64,000 nt of DNA from an uncultured archaeon (lineage in GTDB: Archaea; Aenigmatarchaeota; Aenigmatarchaeia; QMZP01; JACQNV01), in assembly GCA_964631205.1 (NCBI GenBank), contig CAZVWU010000005.1:19711-83710 (forward strand). Direction: 5' to 3'. The notes under the pieces are model-generated. The model was not told the origin of the DNA, searched no databases, and worked only from the letters and a program-made list of their open reading frames with translations. This document shows, piece by piece, positions 54,999 to 64,000 of this stretch; the first letter of the stretch is position 1, and the number at the start of each line of letters is the position of its first letter. Position numbers and translations under genes: made by a program.

Positions 54999-55682
54999 AT
55001 GAAACTGGCAATCCTGTACTCCGGCGGCAAAGATTCGACTTTTACAATTTACAAAGCCTTAAAAGAAGGGAATCAGGTCAGGTATTTGGTCTCCCTTATT
55101 TCTAAAAACCCTGCCTCCTATATGTTCCATTACCCGAATATTAATCTTACAAAAGTCCAGGCTGGTTGCATGGAGATCCCTATTATTACAAAAAAGACCA
55201 AAGGTGAAAAAGAAAAAGAACTGGAGGACATAAAAAATGTTTTGAAAAAAATAAGGGATGAGATTGATGGGGTTGGCGCAGGCGCTTTAGCCAGCAAGTA
55301 CCAGTATGACAGGGTGTCTAATATCTGCAAAGAGATGGGCTTGCGGGCCTACACGCCATGCTGGATGCAGGACCAGGAAGAGCATATAAAAGAGATTCTA
55401 AATGCAGGTTTTGAGGTTATATTTACTGGTGTTGCAGCCGGCGGGTTAGGGAAAGAATGGCTTGGCAGAAAATTGGACTGGCAGGCATTTGAAGATTTGA
55501 AAAAAATAAAGGAAAAATACAATATACATATCGGAGGGGAAGGCGGGGAGTACGAGAGTTTGGTTTTGGATTGTCCGCTTTACAAAAAGAAAATAGAGGT
55601 AAAAAAATCACATGAAGTCTGGGACGATAAAACCCAGAGCGGGCATTTGGTAATAGAAGATATAAAGCTTTCTGAGAAATAG
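54999..55682 (+). CDS. dph6: Diphthine-ammonia ligase family (PP-loop ATPase)
   Basis: LYSGGKDS, SYMFH, WLGR, GEGGEYESLVLDCP. Confidence 0.88.
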   Translation: MKLAILYSGGKDSTFTIYKALKEGNQVRYLVSLISKNPASYMFHYPNINLTKVQAGCMEIPIITKKTKGEKEKELEDIKNVLKKIRDEIDGVGAGALASKYQYDRVSNICKEMGLRAYTPCWMQDQEEHIKEILNAGFEVIFTGVAAGGLGKEWLGRKLDWQAFEDLKKIKEKYNIHIGGEGGEYESLVLDCPLYKKKIEVKKSHEVWDDKTQSGHLVIEDIKLSEK

Positions 55683-55686
55683 TTTT

Positions 55687-56274
55687 ATGGCGACTTATTT
55701 TCGCGTATTCATTCGAAAAACAGCATGTCCCGAAAATATATACAAAACTCTTGGAGATATTTATTTAGTTGAACCTTCTGTTAGTGTTCAGGGAGGTCCT
55801 GCTAGAAATAATAATGAAGTCGCAGCTATTGTTGTTGCGGTGACTAGGCGTTCAGACAGAAAAGATCTTGTTTATTTTGATCATGAAGTGACACCTAGAG
55901 TTTTTGGAGAAGAACTTTCTATACCTGTGATAGATCAATTTGAGATGGGAGGGGAGGCAAAGAGATATGTTACTGTTTTTAATGAAAAATTAATGGCAAG
56001 AAAATTGGGAGGCAAAGAGTATGGGATGCTGCCTCACATTAGGGAGAGGGTGCATACGTTCGGCTCTGGAAAAATATTCAGAGCTAGGTACCCAGCATCG
56101 GAGGATTGTTTTGATGATAGTCTGATGCTTGTTGTCGGGACAAGATCGGATGCTACTAATATGGAAATAGAATTGATAAAAAGGCTAAGAGAGCATGTAG
56201 GTAGATTTGCAATATCAAAAGAAACACTGTTGGAAGAATTTGAAGTAGCTGAAGATAGCAAGATCCGCAGCTAG
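55687..56274 (+). CDS. Hypothetical protein
   Basis: 195-aa ORF directly downstream of dph6. Confidence 0.55.
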   Translation: MATYFRVFIRKTACPENIYKTLGDIYLVEPSVSVQGGPARNNNEVAAIVVAVTRRSDRKDLVYFDHEVTPRVFGEELSIPVIDQFEMGGEAKRYVTVFNEKLMARKLGGKEYGMLPHIRERVHTFGSGKIFRARYPASEDCFDDSLMLVVGTRSDATNMEIELIKRLREHVGRFAISKETLLEEFEVAEDSKIRS

Positions 56275-56292
56275 AAGGTTATAAATAATTTA

Positions 56293-56376
56293 TTACCTGT
56301 GCCTCATCTTTCTGCTAAGCTTCTTGTGCTTGTGGTGCTTCATTTTTTTGTGTCTTTTTTTTCTTAAATTTGGCAT
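56293..56376 (-). CDS. 27-aa basic peptide, bS22/mS38 (COX24/AURKAIP1)-like small ribosomal protein candidate
   Basis: MPNLRKKRHKKMKHHKHKKLSRKMRHR*; not in ORF track. Confidence 0.65.
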   Translation of the reverse strand: MPNLRKKRHKKMKHHKHKKLSRKMRHR

Positions 56377-56472
56377 AAAATCTGATGGAAATTGACCATG
56401 TCAATTTCAGCCTGCTTATATCAACCTCCCCTGTTTTTTATTATATATTGGTTAAGGTTGTATAAAAATAGT

Positions 56473-57399
56473 ATGGATAACAAAATAGTGATCCCGAAAA
56501 AATTCAGGGAGCGGTATAATAATCTTGTTGATGACAAAAAGGAGTTTTTTGCCTGCCTCGAAACCCCTTTGCCAAAAAGTTTCAGAGTCAATGTAATAAA
56601 AGGTGATAGAAAAAATATTATTGAAAAATTCCAGCAATATGGAATAAAAATTCAGCAAGTCAGCTGGCATAAAGATGCGTTTGTCACAGATTTTTTTCAA
56701 ATCGGCAGCACAATTGAGCATTTCATGGGGCACATCTACGTGCAGGAGCTGACTTCGATGATGCCGGTGGCAATTCTTTCAGAGAGCATAAAAGAAGGGA
56801 TTGCGCTGGATGCCTGCGCTGCGCCTGGTTCAAAAACAACCCAATTGGCCGCTTGTATGGAAAACAGGGGCGCAATAATCGCCAATGACATAAATTATAT
56901 CAGGATAAAGGCCCTGAAGTTTAATATTGAAAAGCTCGGGGTGTTAAACACAATAATCACAAACCGCGATTTCAGGTCCTTTTCTTTTCCGGAAAAATTT
57001 GATATTGTTTTATTGGATGCGCCCTGCACTTCAGAAGGGACGATAAGAAAGGATTGGAATGTGCTTTCACACTGGTCTGAGGCCAAAATTTTCGGGATCT
57101 CAAGGCTGCAGAAACAGCTTATTCTCAAGGGATTTGACTTTTTGAAAGAAGGCGGGACAATGGTTTATTCAACATGCACTTTTGCGCCCGAGGAAAATGA
57201 GGAAGTTGTGCAGCATTTGCTGGAGAACAGGGAAGATGTGATAATTGAAAAAATAAAATTAAATGGGTTTGAATTGTCTGAAGGTATATTAAATTGGAAT
57301 AAAAAAGGATTTGATGGCCAAATAAAAAATACTGCAAGGGTCTGGCCGCACCACAACAACACCGGCGGGTTTTTTATGGCGAAGATAAGGAAAAGTTAG
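56473..57399 (+). CDS. RsmB/NOP2 family RNA m5C methyltransferase
   Basis: YVQE..SM, DACAAPGSKTT, LLDAPCTSEG, VYSTCT.APEENE. Confidence 0.92.
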   Translation: MDNKIVIPKKFRERYNNLVDDKKEFFACLETPLPKSFRVNVIKGDRKNIIEKFQQYGIKIQQVSWHKDAFVTDFFQIGSTIEHFMGHIYVQELTSMMPVAILSESIKEGIALDACAAPGSKTTQLAACMENRGAIIANDINYIRIKALKFNIEKLGVLNTIITNRDFRSFSFPEKFDIVLLDAPCTSEGTIRKDWNVLSHWSEAKIFGISRLQKQLILKGFDFLKEGGTMVYSTCTFAPEENEEVVQHLLENREDVIIEKIKLNGFELSEGILNWNKKGFDGQIKNTARVWPHHNNTGGFFMAKIRKS

Positions 57400-57401
57400 A
57401 T

Positions 57402-57563
57402 TCATTTTGCTTTATCTATCAGAACCTTCTGTTCAGCTGACCATTTCTGGTCAGGATGTTTTTTTATATAGTCAACCCACATGTCAATAAATTTTAGTCT
57501 CTCTTCAAAATTCCGTTTCTTGTCTTCTTCAAGCTCTTTCAGATTAATTTCAATGTTTTTCAT
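57402..57563 (-). CDS. Small hypothetical protein, 53 aa, not in ORF track
   Basis: MKNIEINLKELEEDKKRNFEERLKFIDMWVDYIKKHPDQKWSAEQKVLIDKAK*. Confidence 0.55.
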   Translation of the reverse strand: MKNIEINLKELEEDKKRNFEERLKFIDMWVDYIKKHPDQKWSAEQKVLIDKAK

Positions 57564-57718
57564 AAAAGGTATTTTTTAAATTGCTCCCCAACTTTTAGTT
57601 TTTCAACTGCCGAGTGCGATCATAATAAATTCTTGATTAGTATATTTGGTTATAGGCGATTAATAAATGGGGTAATCTAAGCGGTTATAACACTATATAT
57701 TACGACATGCGAACCAAC

Positions 57719-57744
57719 AAACCACTGGCTTTAGCCGGTGGTTG
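57719..57744. mobile_element. IS200/IS605-like terminal hairpin relic
   Basis: AACCACTGGCT-TT-AGCCGGTGGTT resembles the GCTTTAGC-loop subterminal hairpins of IS200/IS605-family ends; no tnpA/tnpB nearby. Confidence 0.4.
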
Positions 57745-57928
57745 CGTATGGAATGCTGATATTAATTAAGATGAATGCCTTTTGCTTCTAATTTCTGTGT
57801 TATTTATACTATAGAACTTCATTGAAATGCTTTGTCCAATAATCAATCATTTTTAAGCATGCCCAGCAGAAAGCTTTAAATAGTAAGTCCACTATTATTT
57901 TACTATAATAAACTTTAGCAGGTGTAAA

Positions 57929-59137
57929 ATGCATATAGAAAGACTTTTAGAAAGGGAGATAAGGAATTATCTCCACAAAAAGGAGATAATTGCAGTTGTA
58001 GGTCCGCGACAAAGCGGTAAGACCACACTCATCAAGAAACTTTTTACCGAGATAAAAAACGGGGTTTTCCTGGATTTTGAGGATAGGGAGACATTAGAGC
58101 TGTTCAATCGGGATATAAAATCTTTTGTAGAGCTCTATGTCAAAAAATATGACTATTTATTTATAGATGAATTCCAGTATGCAAGGGAAGGGGGCAAGCA
58201 ACTGAAGTATATTTATGATAATTATAAAACAAAAATCATCATCTCAGGATCTTCTGTTAGCGAAATGTCAATTAACAGCATTAAATATCTAGTTGGGCGC
58301 ATATTTGTGTTTAATCTTTATCCTGTTTCCTTTGAAGAGTTTCTCAATTTCAAAGAGCCTGTTCTATACAAAAATATTTACACTAAAAGGCCCCTTTCTA
58401 AGCCTATTATAGATAAAATTCTCCGATATTTTTATGAGTTTTGCTTGTTTGGCGGTTATCCAAGGGTAATAATGACCGAAGACAAAAAAGAAAAAGAAAC
58501 TGTTTTAAAAAATATATACAACACATATTTTCTTAAAGAGATAAAAGAAATTTTAAATCTTCCGGATGATTATAAGCTAAGTAGGCTTCTAAATGCACTC
58601 GCCTTGCAAATCGGAAACATTATAAATTATAATGAGGTTTCAGGAATAACAGGATTCAGATATACTGAGCTGCTAAAACACATAAATATACTCGAAAAAA
58701 CCTTTATCTGTTTAACTGGCAAACCATTTTATACAAACAAAAGGACAGAACTCGTGAAGGCCCCAAAAATATTTTTCTTAGATAACGGTTTCAGAAACAT
58801 CGTAGTAAAAAACTTTCAGCCACTGGAAAATAGGCAGGATAAAGGGCCCCTTTATGAAAATTTTGTTGCTTCTGAATTTGTAAAAGAAGGTATTGATGTC
58901 AAATACTGGCGCTCGAAATCAAAGGCAGAGATTGATTTTGTAATTGAGAAGAATGGGGAAATAATACCCTTGGAAATTAAATCTGGTTTGTCTGAACCAA
59001 AGCTAACAAAATCATTCCACAGTTTTATTGACCATTATAAACCAAAAACTAGCTATGTGCTTTCTGAAAAATTGTGGAAAGATGCTGGGGGTGTAAGATT
59101 TAGACCAATATTTTTTGTAGAAAAATCAGTCAAATGA
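57929..59137 (+). CDS. AAA_14 ATPase with DUF4143 C-terminal domain
   Basis: GPRQSGKTT, FIDEFQY, SGSS, GGYP, YWR....EIDF...PLEIK. Confidence 0.9.
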   Translation: MHIERLLEREIRNYLHKKEIIAVVGPRQSGKTTLIKKLFTEIKNGVFLDFEDRETLELFNRDIKSFVELYVKKYDYLFIDEFQYAREGGKQLKYIYDNYKTKIIISGSSVSEMSINSIKYLVGRIFVFNLYPVSFEEFLNFKEPVLYKNIYTKRPLSKPIIDKILRYFYEFCLFGGYPRVIMTEDKKEKETVLKNIYNTYFLKEIKEILNLPDDYKLSRLLNALALQIGNIINYNEVSGITGFRYTELLKHINILEKTFICLTGKPFYTNKRTELVKAPKIFFLDNGFRNIVVKNFQPLENRQDKGPLYENFVASEFVKEGIDVKYWRSKSKAEIDFVIEKNGEIIPLEIKSGLSEPKLTKSFHSFIDHYKPKTSYVLSEKLWKDAGGVRFRPIFFVEKSVK

Positions 59138-59366
59138 TGCAAGTTTCTGTCTCCTAAATGGCTTCTCCAATAAGTACAGATTATTTTTAGGCAACCTTTG
59201 ATCTTATTCTTTTGGATGTATTAACACCCCGTTAATAGCACAGCAAGATTGCAGCAGTACTGGTTAATATAAGCTGGCTGGGTTCCGCACTTGCATGTGC
59301 CTGCTCCTGTCATTAGATATATTTTGTGCGGGGCCTATTTAAATAATCTTTAGAGCAAACAAATGT

Positions 59367-59732
59367 ATGGAAGTCCTTAAAGGCAAAATATTTTCAGGCA
59401 TGGGGGTTGGCGGAAAAATAATTTTGGATTATCTGCCTGTTTTCAAGGAAAAATTCAGGATGGATTTCTTTCCAGGGACCCTGAACCTGAAGCTTGAAAA
59501 TGAATGGGATCTGCCAGCAGAAGCCGGATATATACAGCCTTTCACAAAAGCTGATGGGACCAGAAGAGGCGGCATCTGGTTTGTGAAAGGTAAGGTAAAA
59601 AATTTCCCTGTTTTTGTAATAAGACCTGAGCTTACAAAGCACCCGAAAGATGTTATTGAACTGATTTCCCCTGTAAACATAAGGAAGCAGTACGCGCTTG
59701 TGGATGGGGATATTCTAGAAGTTTATTTTTAG
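59367..59732 (+). CDS. ribK: CTP-dependent riboflavin kinase
   Basis: GKIFSGMG.G, FFPGTLNL, VIELISPVNIR..L.DGD. Confidence 0.85.
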   Translation: MEVLKGKIFSGMGVGGKIILDYLPVFKEKFRMDFFPGTLNLKLENEWDLPAEAGYIQPFTKADGTRRGGIWFVKGKVKNFPVFVIRPELTKHPKDVIELISPVNIRKQYALVDGDILEVYF

Positions 59733-59833
59733 ATCCCTTATTGATCCATAAATATAACAGTGTTATTTGAAGGAGACAGATTTCTTTAGGTGCCTATAAT
59801 TCTTATATATAACTATAGTTAACTATATGACAT

Positions 59834-60028
59834 ATGGCAGACCAAACAACAATTCAGATTGGCAGGGATACGCAAACAGAGCTAAAGGCAGTTGGCAGCA
59901 TGGAAGACACTTACGATACTGTTATAAAAAGGCTTATCGAAGAGCATAAATTATTTAAACGGAGAGAGTTTTTTGTGGAGGCACAGCATCAGATAGCAAA
60001 AAGAGGCAAGTTTGTGGAGCTTGATTAA
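59834..60028 (+). CDS. Antitoxin (RHH-like)
   Basis: TTIQI...T..ELK..G..TYD.VI..LI; immediately upstream of RelE. Confidence 0.75.
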   Translation: MADQTTIQIGRDTQTELKAVGSMEDTYDTVIKRLIEEHKLFKRREFFVEAQHQIAKRGKFVELD

Positions 60029-60029
60029 A

Positions 60030-60311
60030 ATGTTCAAAGTGCTTCTTGAGGTAGGGGTTCTCCAGAAAATCAACGGTTTTCCAGGAAAAGAGGCCAGAAG
60101 GTTCAAAGAACAGTTAAAGACACTCAGCGAAAATCCTTTTCCTGGTTTTGATCCGGATAAGAAAGAGATAAAAGGAGCTTCTAAAACAGCGTATAGGCTC
60201 AGGGTAGGAGATTACAGATTTTTTTATATTATAGAGGTTGAGAACAAAATTGTTAAAGTCACAGAATTTTTAACTGCTGAACAAGCCCACAGGAAATATG
60301 GGAGATTGTGA
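60030..60311 (+). CDS. relE: RelE/ParE family toxin
   Basis: L.ENPFP, YRLRVGDYRFFY. Confidence 0.85.
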   Translation: MFKVLLEVGVLQKINGFPGKEARRFKEQLKTLSENPFPGFDPDKKEIKGASKTAYRLRVGDYRFFYIIEVENKIVKVTEFLTAEQAHRKYGRL

Positions 60312-60409
60312 GGCTTTTTCTAGTGGTCAGCTAGACTGCTGGATACTTTAAACCATCACTAAGTAATAAAAACAAAAGCTTTATAAAGCCCAGATCTTAT
60401 TATTTGGGT

Positions 60410-61255
60410 ATGGGATTAACCAGACGGGATGTTTTAAAGGCAGGTTTGGCAGGGGCTGTTGGAGCTCTCGCAGGCTGCAATGTCAGCGATATAGCTAAAA
60501 GGGTCCAAAGAGATTTTCTTGAGGCTGCAGGCTTATCTGATTCTGATAAAAAGCCTAGTTATGCGCCCATTTCCCAAGCAAACAATGCGGCTGTTTTAGA
60601 AAAAGTTTATAACCACTTCGACCCTTCTTTGCAACCTTACCTGAAAACTGTGCCTATCCTAAAAACTTTTGTCGGAGCACCAAAAGGTGTTATAGCTTAT
60701 GCCAACCGTGGCGCATTCCCTTACATAGGGGTCAGGTCAGATTGGGATAACCCGGATTTCCATGAAGGCAAAAAAGACCCGGTTTTGACTCATGAGCTTT
60801 TGCACATAATTCAAGACCACAATAAAATCGATGCTGCCAAATTCTTCGAAGCATTCAAGAGGTGGTATCTCGACGAAACTTACGGGCCTGCGAAATCTGC
60901 AGGCGGTGTGGATAAAGGCAGGTTTTATGGCAGAGGAAATGATATGAAATCGGCCATGTTTTCGGACTTATATGAAGATACAGAATGGGATGGCATAGGA
61001 GTTGACGATGAGGATCGGAGAGATATGGCCTATATGGAAAAGTATAGGGTCCTAAATCCTACACCGGGTGTGGAAGAGTTTGCTTACCTTGGACAAAGTA
61101 TAGTGCCCTATGATTTTGATCCAAATTCGCGATGGGCATTTGTTGCGACAGACAGGATGCTCGAATTATCTGACGAACTTTTCGGGTATTACAACGGGGT
61201 ATTGAATCCGGAGATACTTGCTTTGCGCGGGGATAGCATCTGGAAAAGTAAATAG
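60410..61255 (+). CDS. Tat-signal lipoprotein with HExxH zinc-metallopeptidase motif
   Basis: TRRDVLK..LAGC; HELLH; EEFAY. Confidence 0.65.
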   Translation: MGLTRRDVLKAGLAGAVGALAGCNVSDIAKRVQRDFLEAAGLSDSDKKPSYAPISQANNAAVLEKVYNHFDPSLQPYLKTVPILKTFVGAPKGVIAYANRGAFPYIGVRSDWDNPDFHEGKKDPVLTHELLHIIQDHNKIDAAKFFEAFKRWYLDETYGPAKSAGGVDKGRFYGRGNDMKSAMFSDLYEDTEWDGIGVDDEDRRDMAYMEKYRVLNPTPGVEEFAYLGQSIVPYDFDPNSRWAFVATDRMLELSDELFGYYNGVLNPEILALRGDSIWKSK

Positions 61256-61257
61256 GT

Positions 61258-61476
61258 TTACCCCGGCAGAACATCCTGAAGCCCTTTTAAGTCTTTCTGC
61301 GCTTCTGCAAGATCAGAGCCTATTTTAGAAGAAGCTGTTTGGGCAGATTCCGGCGTTGTGACTTTTATTTCCTGTGTTGTATCGGGTGCAGGCTGCAGAT
61401 AGAAAATATAATAGAGTAAAGAGGCTATCACAACAACCAAGACTATTATAACGAGCGCAATAATTCCGTTATGCAT
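61258..61476 (-). CDS. Small single-TM protein
   Basis: Likely start 61476 (MHNGIIALVIIVLVVVIA), overlapping the upstream stop. Confidence 0.55.
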   Translation of the reverse strand: MHNGIIALVIIVLVVVIASLLYYIFYLQPAPDTTQEIKVTTPESAQTASSKIGSDLAEAQKDLKGLQDVLPG

Positions 61477-63289
61477 AAATGCTGTCCAAAATGCCGCCAA
61501 GGTCAGCTGACAGTTGTTTGATGTCTGCCTTTAGTTTTGCAAAATCTTCTGTTGTTGGGTTATTTTTGATGGTTTTCACAAAAGAGTTTATGTTGCCTAT
61601 TTTATCTATAAGCTGGCCTAAACCCGCTTTCACCCTCCCCCACCTGTCTGCGTCTGCAGTTTGGCCTGTTGATCTCCAATATCCTGATATTTCAGCTGAA
61701 AGACTGCCGAGGCTGGCAAACCTTGTTTTTAACAGCTCCAGCCTGACTGCCGCATCCAGCAGGAAAGCTTTGTCTATTTCTTTTGCCTCTGTCGGGCATG
61801 ATTCTGGTATTGCGGTTGCAACAGGGGAAGGTGCAATTCCTGGTGTTGTTTGGGCCACTCTTATGTCAACACCCGATACTACATTGTCCTGTGTCGCTCT
61901 GACTGCATCAAGCCATACTGTTATTCCAAGGCTGCCAAAGTCTTTTGACTGGCCTTTATTTATTGTTGCTAAACCCACTTCAGTGCCTGTTGAGTCCTTT
62001 ACTGAGATTTTTGCCCAGCTGTTGTCAGAGCCCTGGATTGCATAAATTTTGTAATTCCCGAAGAGAGCTGTTTGCCCTCCAGTTAACATCGCAGCCCCCC
62101 CAGAAGACGGTATTGTTAGTGGCCCGGGAGTTGGATAGGGTGTTGAAGGTGGTGCTGGCGCGCCCTTTTTGGCTACTCTGATATTTACACCTATTATTTT
62201 GTTGTCCTGTGTTGCTTTCACAGCATCGAGCCATACTGTTATTCCAAGGCTGTCAAAGTCTTTTGAAGACCCTTTGTTTATTGTTTCTTGGGCGACTTCA
62301 GCTCCTGCTGAATTTCTTACTGAAATTTTTGCCCAGCTGTTTTCGGATCCCTGGACAGCATAGATCCTATAATTCCCAAAGGTTGTATATTCTGTTTCTG
62401 TGATTGCAGTGCTTCCTCCGGAAGAAGGCAATGGTGTTGGGACTAGAATGGCAGAGGATATGGCCAGAACAACCTTGTCAGAGAGCCCATTGGTTGCCGG
62501 GGACACTAAAAATAAATTATTGGGCACTTTCACGTTTTGGCTGCTTGCTCCGACATCAGTTGAGCCCACTTGTATTTCAGCAGGCTCGATGGCGGCAGTT
62601 ATTTCCCCAAGCCTGAATTCTGCATTGGTTATTTCTCCCCAAATAGTCCTATTCCTGAAATCTGCCTTGACAACAAAACTGGAATCCTTATCCCTTATTT
62701 TTAAAGACAAAATATTTTGCTTCGTAGAACCAAAGTTCTCTGTGTGCCCTGCAGACACATCAATATAATAAGGCAGCCCTACAGAGCTGTCACTAATCCT
62801 GAATGTGTAAGAAACCTGGGATGCCGCATCCAATAGAGCAGAGAATGCGTCCTTCTTTACAGCTGCGGCATTGAAGATGGTTGATGGGACAGGATAAAAG
62901 GATGTTGACGATACCGGATAAAATGAACCGTCCACTTTCCAATTTGTGCCATCATAATAAGCTATCATTACAGGTAAATTCTGCTTTCCGGGAGTATTTT
63001 CATAAGGCCCCCTTGTTTTGTTAAACAAAATAGCCATCCTTGAATAGCAGTTTCCGCCTGCCCCACATACAGTACCTGTAACATCGCTAGATATTTGTAT
63101 TCCGTTTAAGTTTCCGATAGTTTGGGTGTTATCTGAAAGGTTCATGGCAGATAACCCTACTACAGGCTCAATTTTTATTGTTGCATATTGTGTCTGCGCC
63201 CACCCAAGAGGGCTTACAGCCAAAAGCAAAAATGTTCCGATTACTAGAGGCAAGGCAAATTTTTCTTTGTTTTGAATTGAAAATCCCAT
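61469..63289 (-). CDS. Secreted S-layer-like protein with two ~70-aa tandem domains and a C-terminal helical bundle
   Basis: Signal peptide; FGNY(R/K)IYA.QGS.NSWAKISV...LGITVWLDAV.ATQDN twice (61853-62062 and 62171-62380). Confidence 0.7.
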   Translation of the reverse strand: MGFSIQNKEKFALPLVIGTFLLLAVSPLGWAQTQYATIKIEPVVGLSAMNLSDNTQTIGNLNGIQISSDVTGTVCGAGGNCYSRMAILFNKTRGPYENTPGKQNLPVMIAYYDGTNWKVDGSFYPVSSTSFYPVPSTIFNAAAVKKDAFSALLDAASQVSYTFRISDSSVGLPYYIDVSAGHTENFGSTKQNILSLKIRDKDSSFVVKADFRNRTIWGEITNAEFRLGEITAAIEPAEIQVGSTDVGASSQNVKVPNNLFLVSPATNGLSDKVVLAISSAILVPTPLPSSGGSTAITETEYTTFGNYRIYAVQGSENSWAKISVRNSAGAEVAQETINKGSSKDFDSLGITVWLDAVKATQDNKIIGVNIRVAKKGAPAPPSTPYPTPGPLTIPSSGGAAMLTGGQTALFGNYKIYAIQGSDNSWAKISVKDSTGTEVGLATINKGQSKDFGSLGITVWLDAVRATQDNVVSGVDIRVAQTTPGIAPSPVATAIPESCPTEAKEIDKAFLLDAAVRLELLKTRFASLGSLSAEISGYWRSTGQTADADRWGRVKAGLGQLIDKIGNINSFVKTIKNNPTTEDFAKLKADIKQLSADLGGILDSIYA

Positions 63290-63446
63290 ATCAGTTCTTT
63301 CTGCGCTTCAGACACAAAACCCGAAACCAATCACCCACTACATATTATTCGGGGGGGGGACTTAAATAATCATCACATGCTTAGTTCTATTGGACCGCAG
63401 TGTCTGGCGAAATAAGCCTATTAAATATCTGGGTTTAATATCCTCT

Positions 63447-64000
63447 ATGGAATCTTGTTTTGAAAACGAATCTGTAAAAAAAGTTCTGGAGATTTCCGGC
63501 TATCCTGAGCTGAACCCTGCACAGAAAAAAGCTGTTGAAGCAGGCCTGCTGGAAAGTGGGAATTTTGTTGTTGCAGCGCCTACAGCAAGCGGGAAAACTT
63601 TGCTTTCTGAAATAAAGATTTTGGATATTGTCAGGAAAAACAAGAAAGCTTTGTATATTGTTCCTCTCAGGGCTTTGGCAAACGAGAAGTATGAAGAGTT
63701 TAAAGAAAAATATGAAAAGCTTGGCCTGAAAATTGCGATTTCTGTCGGCGACATGGACTCGTCTGACCTCTGGCTTTCGAGGTATGACATAATAATCTGC
63801 ACTTCTGAAAAGCTTGACAGCCTGATGAGGCACGAATCCCCGTGGATACAGGACGTCGGGCTGGTTGTTGTGGATGAGATCCATCTTCTGGATTCCCCGA
63901 ACAGGGGGCCCACTCTTGAAATTGTGCTGACAAAGCTTAGGCAGGTTGCAAATCCGCAGATACTCGGCCTGTCTGCGACAATAAGCAATTATCAGGAGCT
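63447..64000 (+). CDS. hel308: Hel308/Hjm SF2 helicase, 3' partial (not in ORF track)
   Basis: ELNPAQ, APTASGKT, VPLRALANEK, TSEKLDSL.R, DEIH, RGPTLE, LSAT. Confidence 0.92.
   Translation, partial: MESCFENESVKKVLEISGYPELNPAQKKAVEAGLLESGNFVVAAPTASGKTLLSEIKILDIVRKNKKALYIVPLRALANEKYEEFKEKYEKLGLKIAISVGDMDSSDLWLSRYDIIICTSEKLDSLMRHESPWIQDVGLVVVDEIHLLDSPNRGPTLEIVLTKLRQVANPQILGLSATISNYQE

Noticed and set aside
59221..59313. 30-aa Cys-rich minus-strand ORF (MTGAGTCKCG...)
   Set aside because: Too short, with no signal peptide or modifying enzymes nearby; at most a relic
63435..63988. Minus-strand ORFs at the window end
   Set aside because: Shadows of the plus-strand Hel308 gene, which runs off the window

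Overview
Archaeal chromosomal segment, most likely from a DPANN lineage (possibly Aenigmarchaeota-like; this is inference from gene content and style, not a database result). Housekeeping genes include purA, radB, taw1/tyw1, rnp2/rnp3, idi, ArsA/GET3, dph6, an RsmB/NOP methylase, CTP-dependent riboflavin kinase, a partial Hel308 and a Hef split into separate helicase and nuclease genes. From about 3 to 44 kb the window is a cell-surface island: class III signal peptide (type IV pilin-like) genes, giant adhesins and LamG/M64 proteins. Three things stand out. (1) A tandemly duplicated three-gene module: a large pilin-signal protein, a large protein with coiled coils flanking an internal hydrophobic hairpin, and a C-terminally anchored Ig-like protein. 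An orphan C-terminal relic and two variable-middle paralogues sit inside it. (2) Several families of 30-95 bp REP/MITE-like hairpin elements that supply stop codons, sit in frame in signal peptides, nest in one another and repeatedly lie between duplicated copies of gene starts or ends. (3) An unannotated 27-aa bS22/mS38-like basic peptide. No rRNA, tRNA, CRISPR array, integrase or transposase was recognised.
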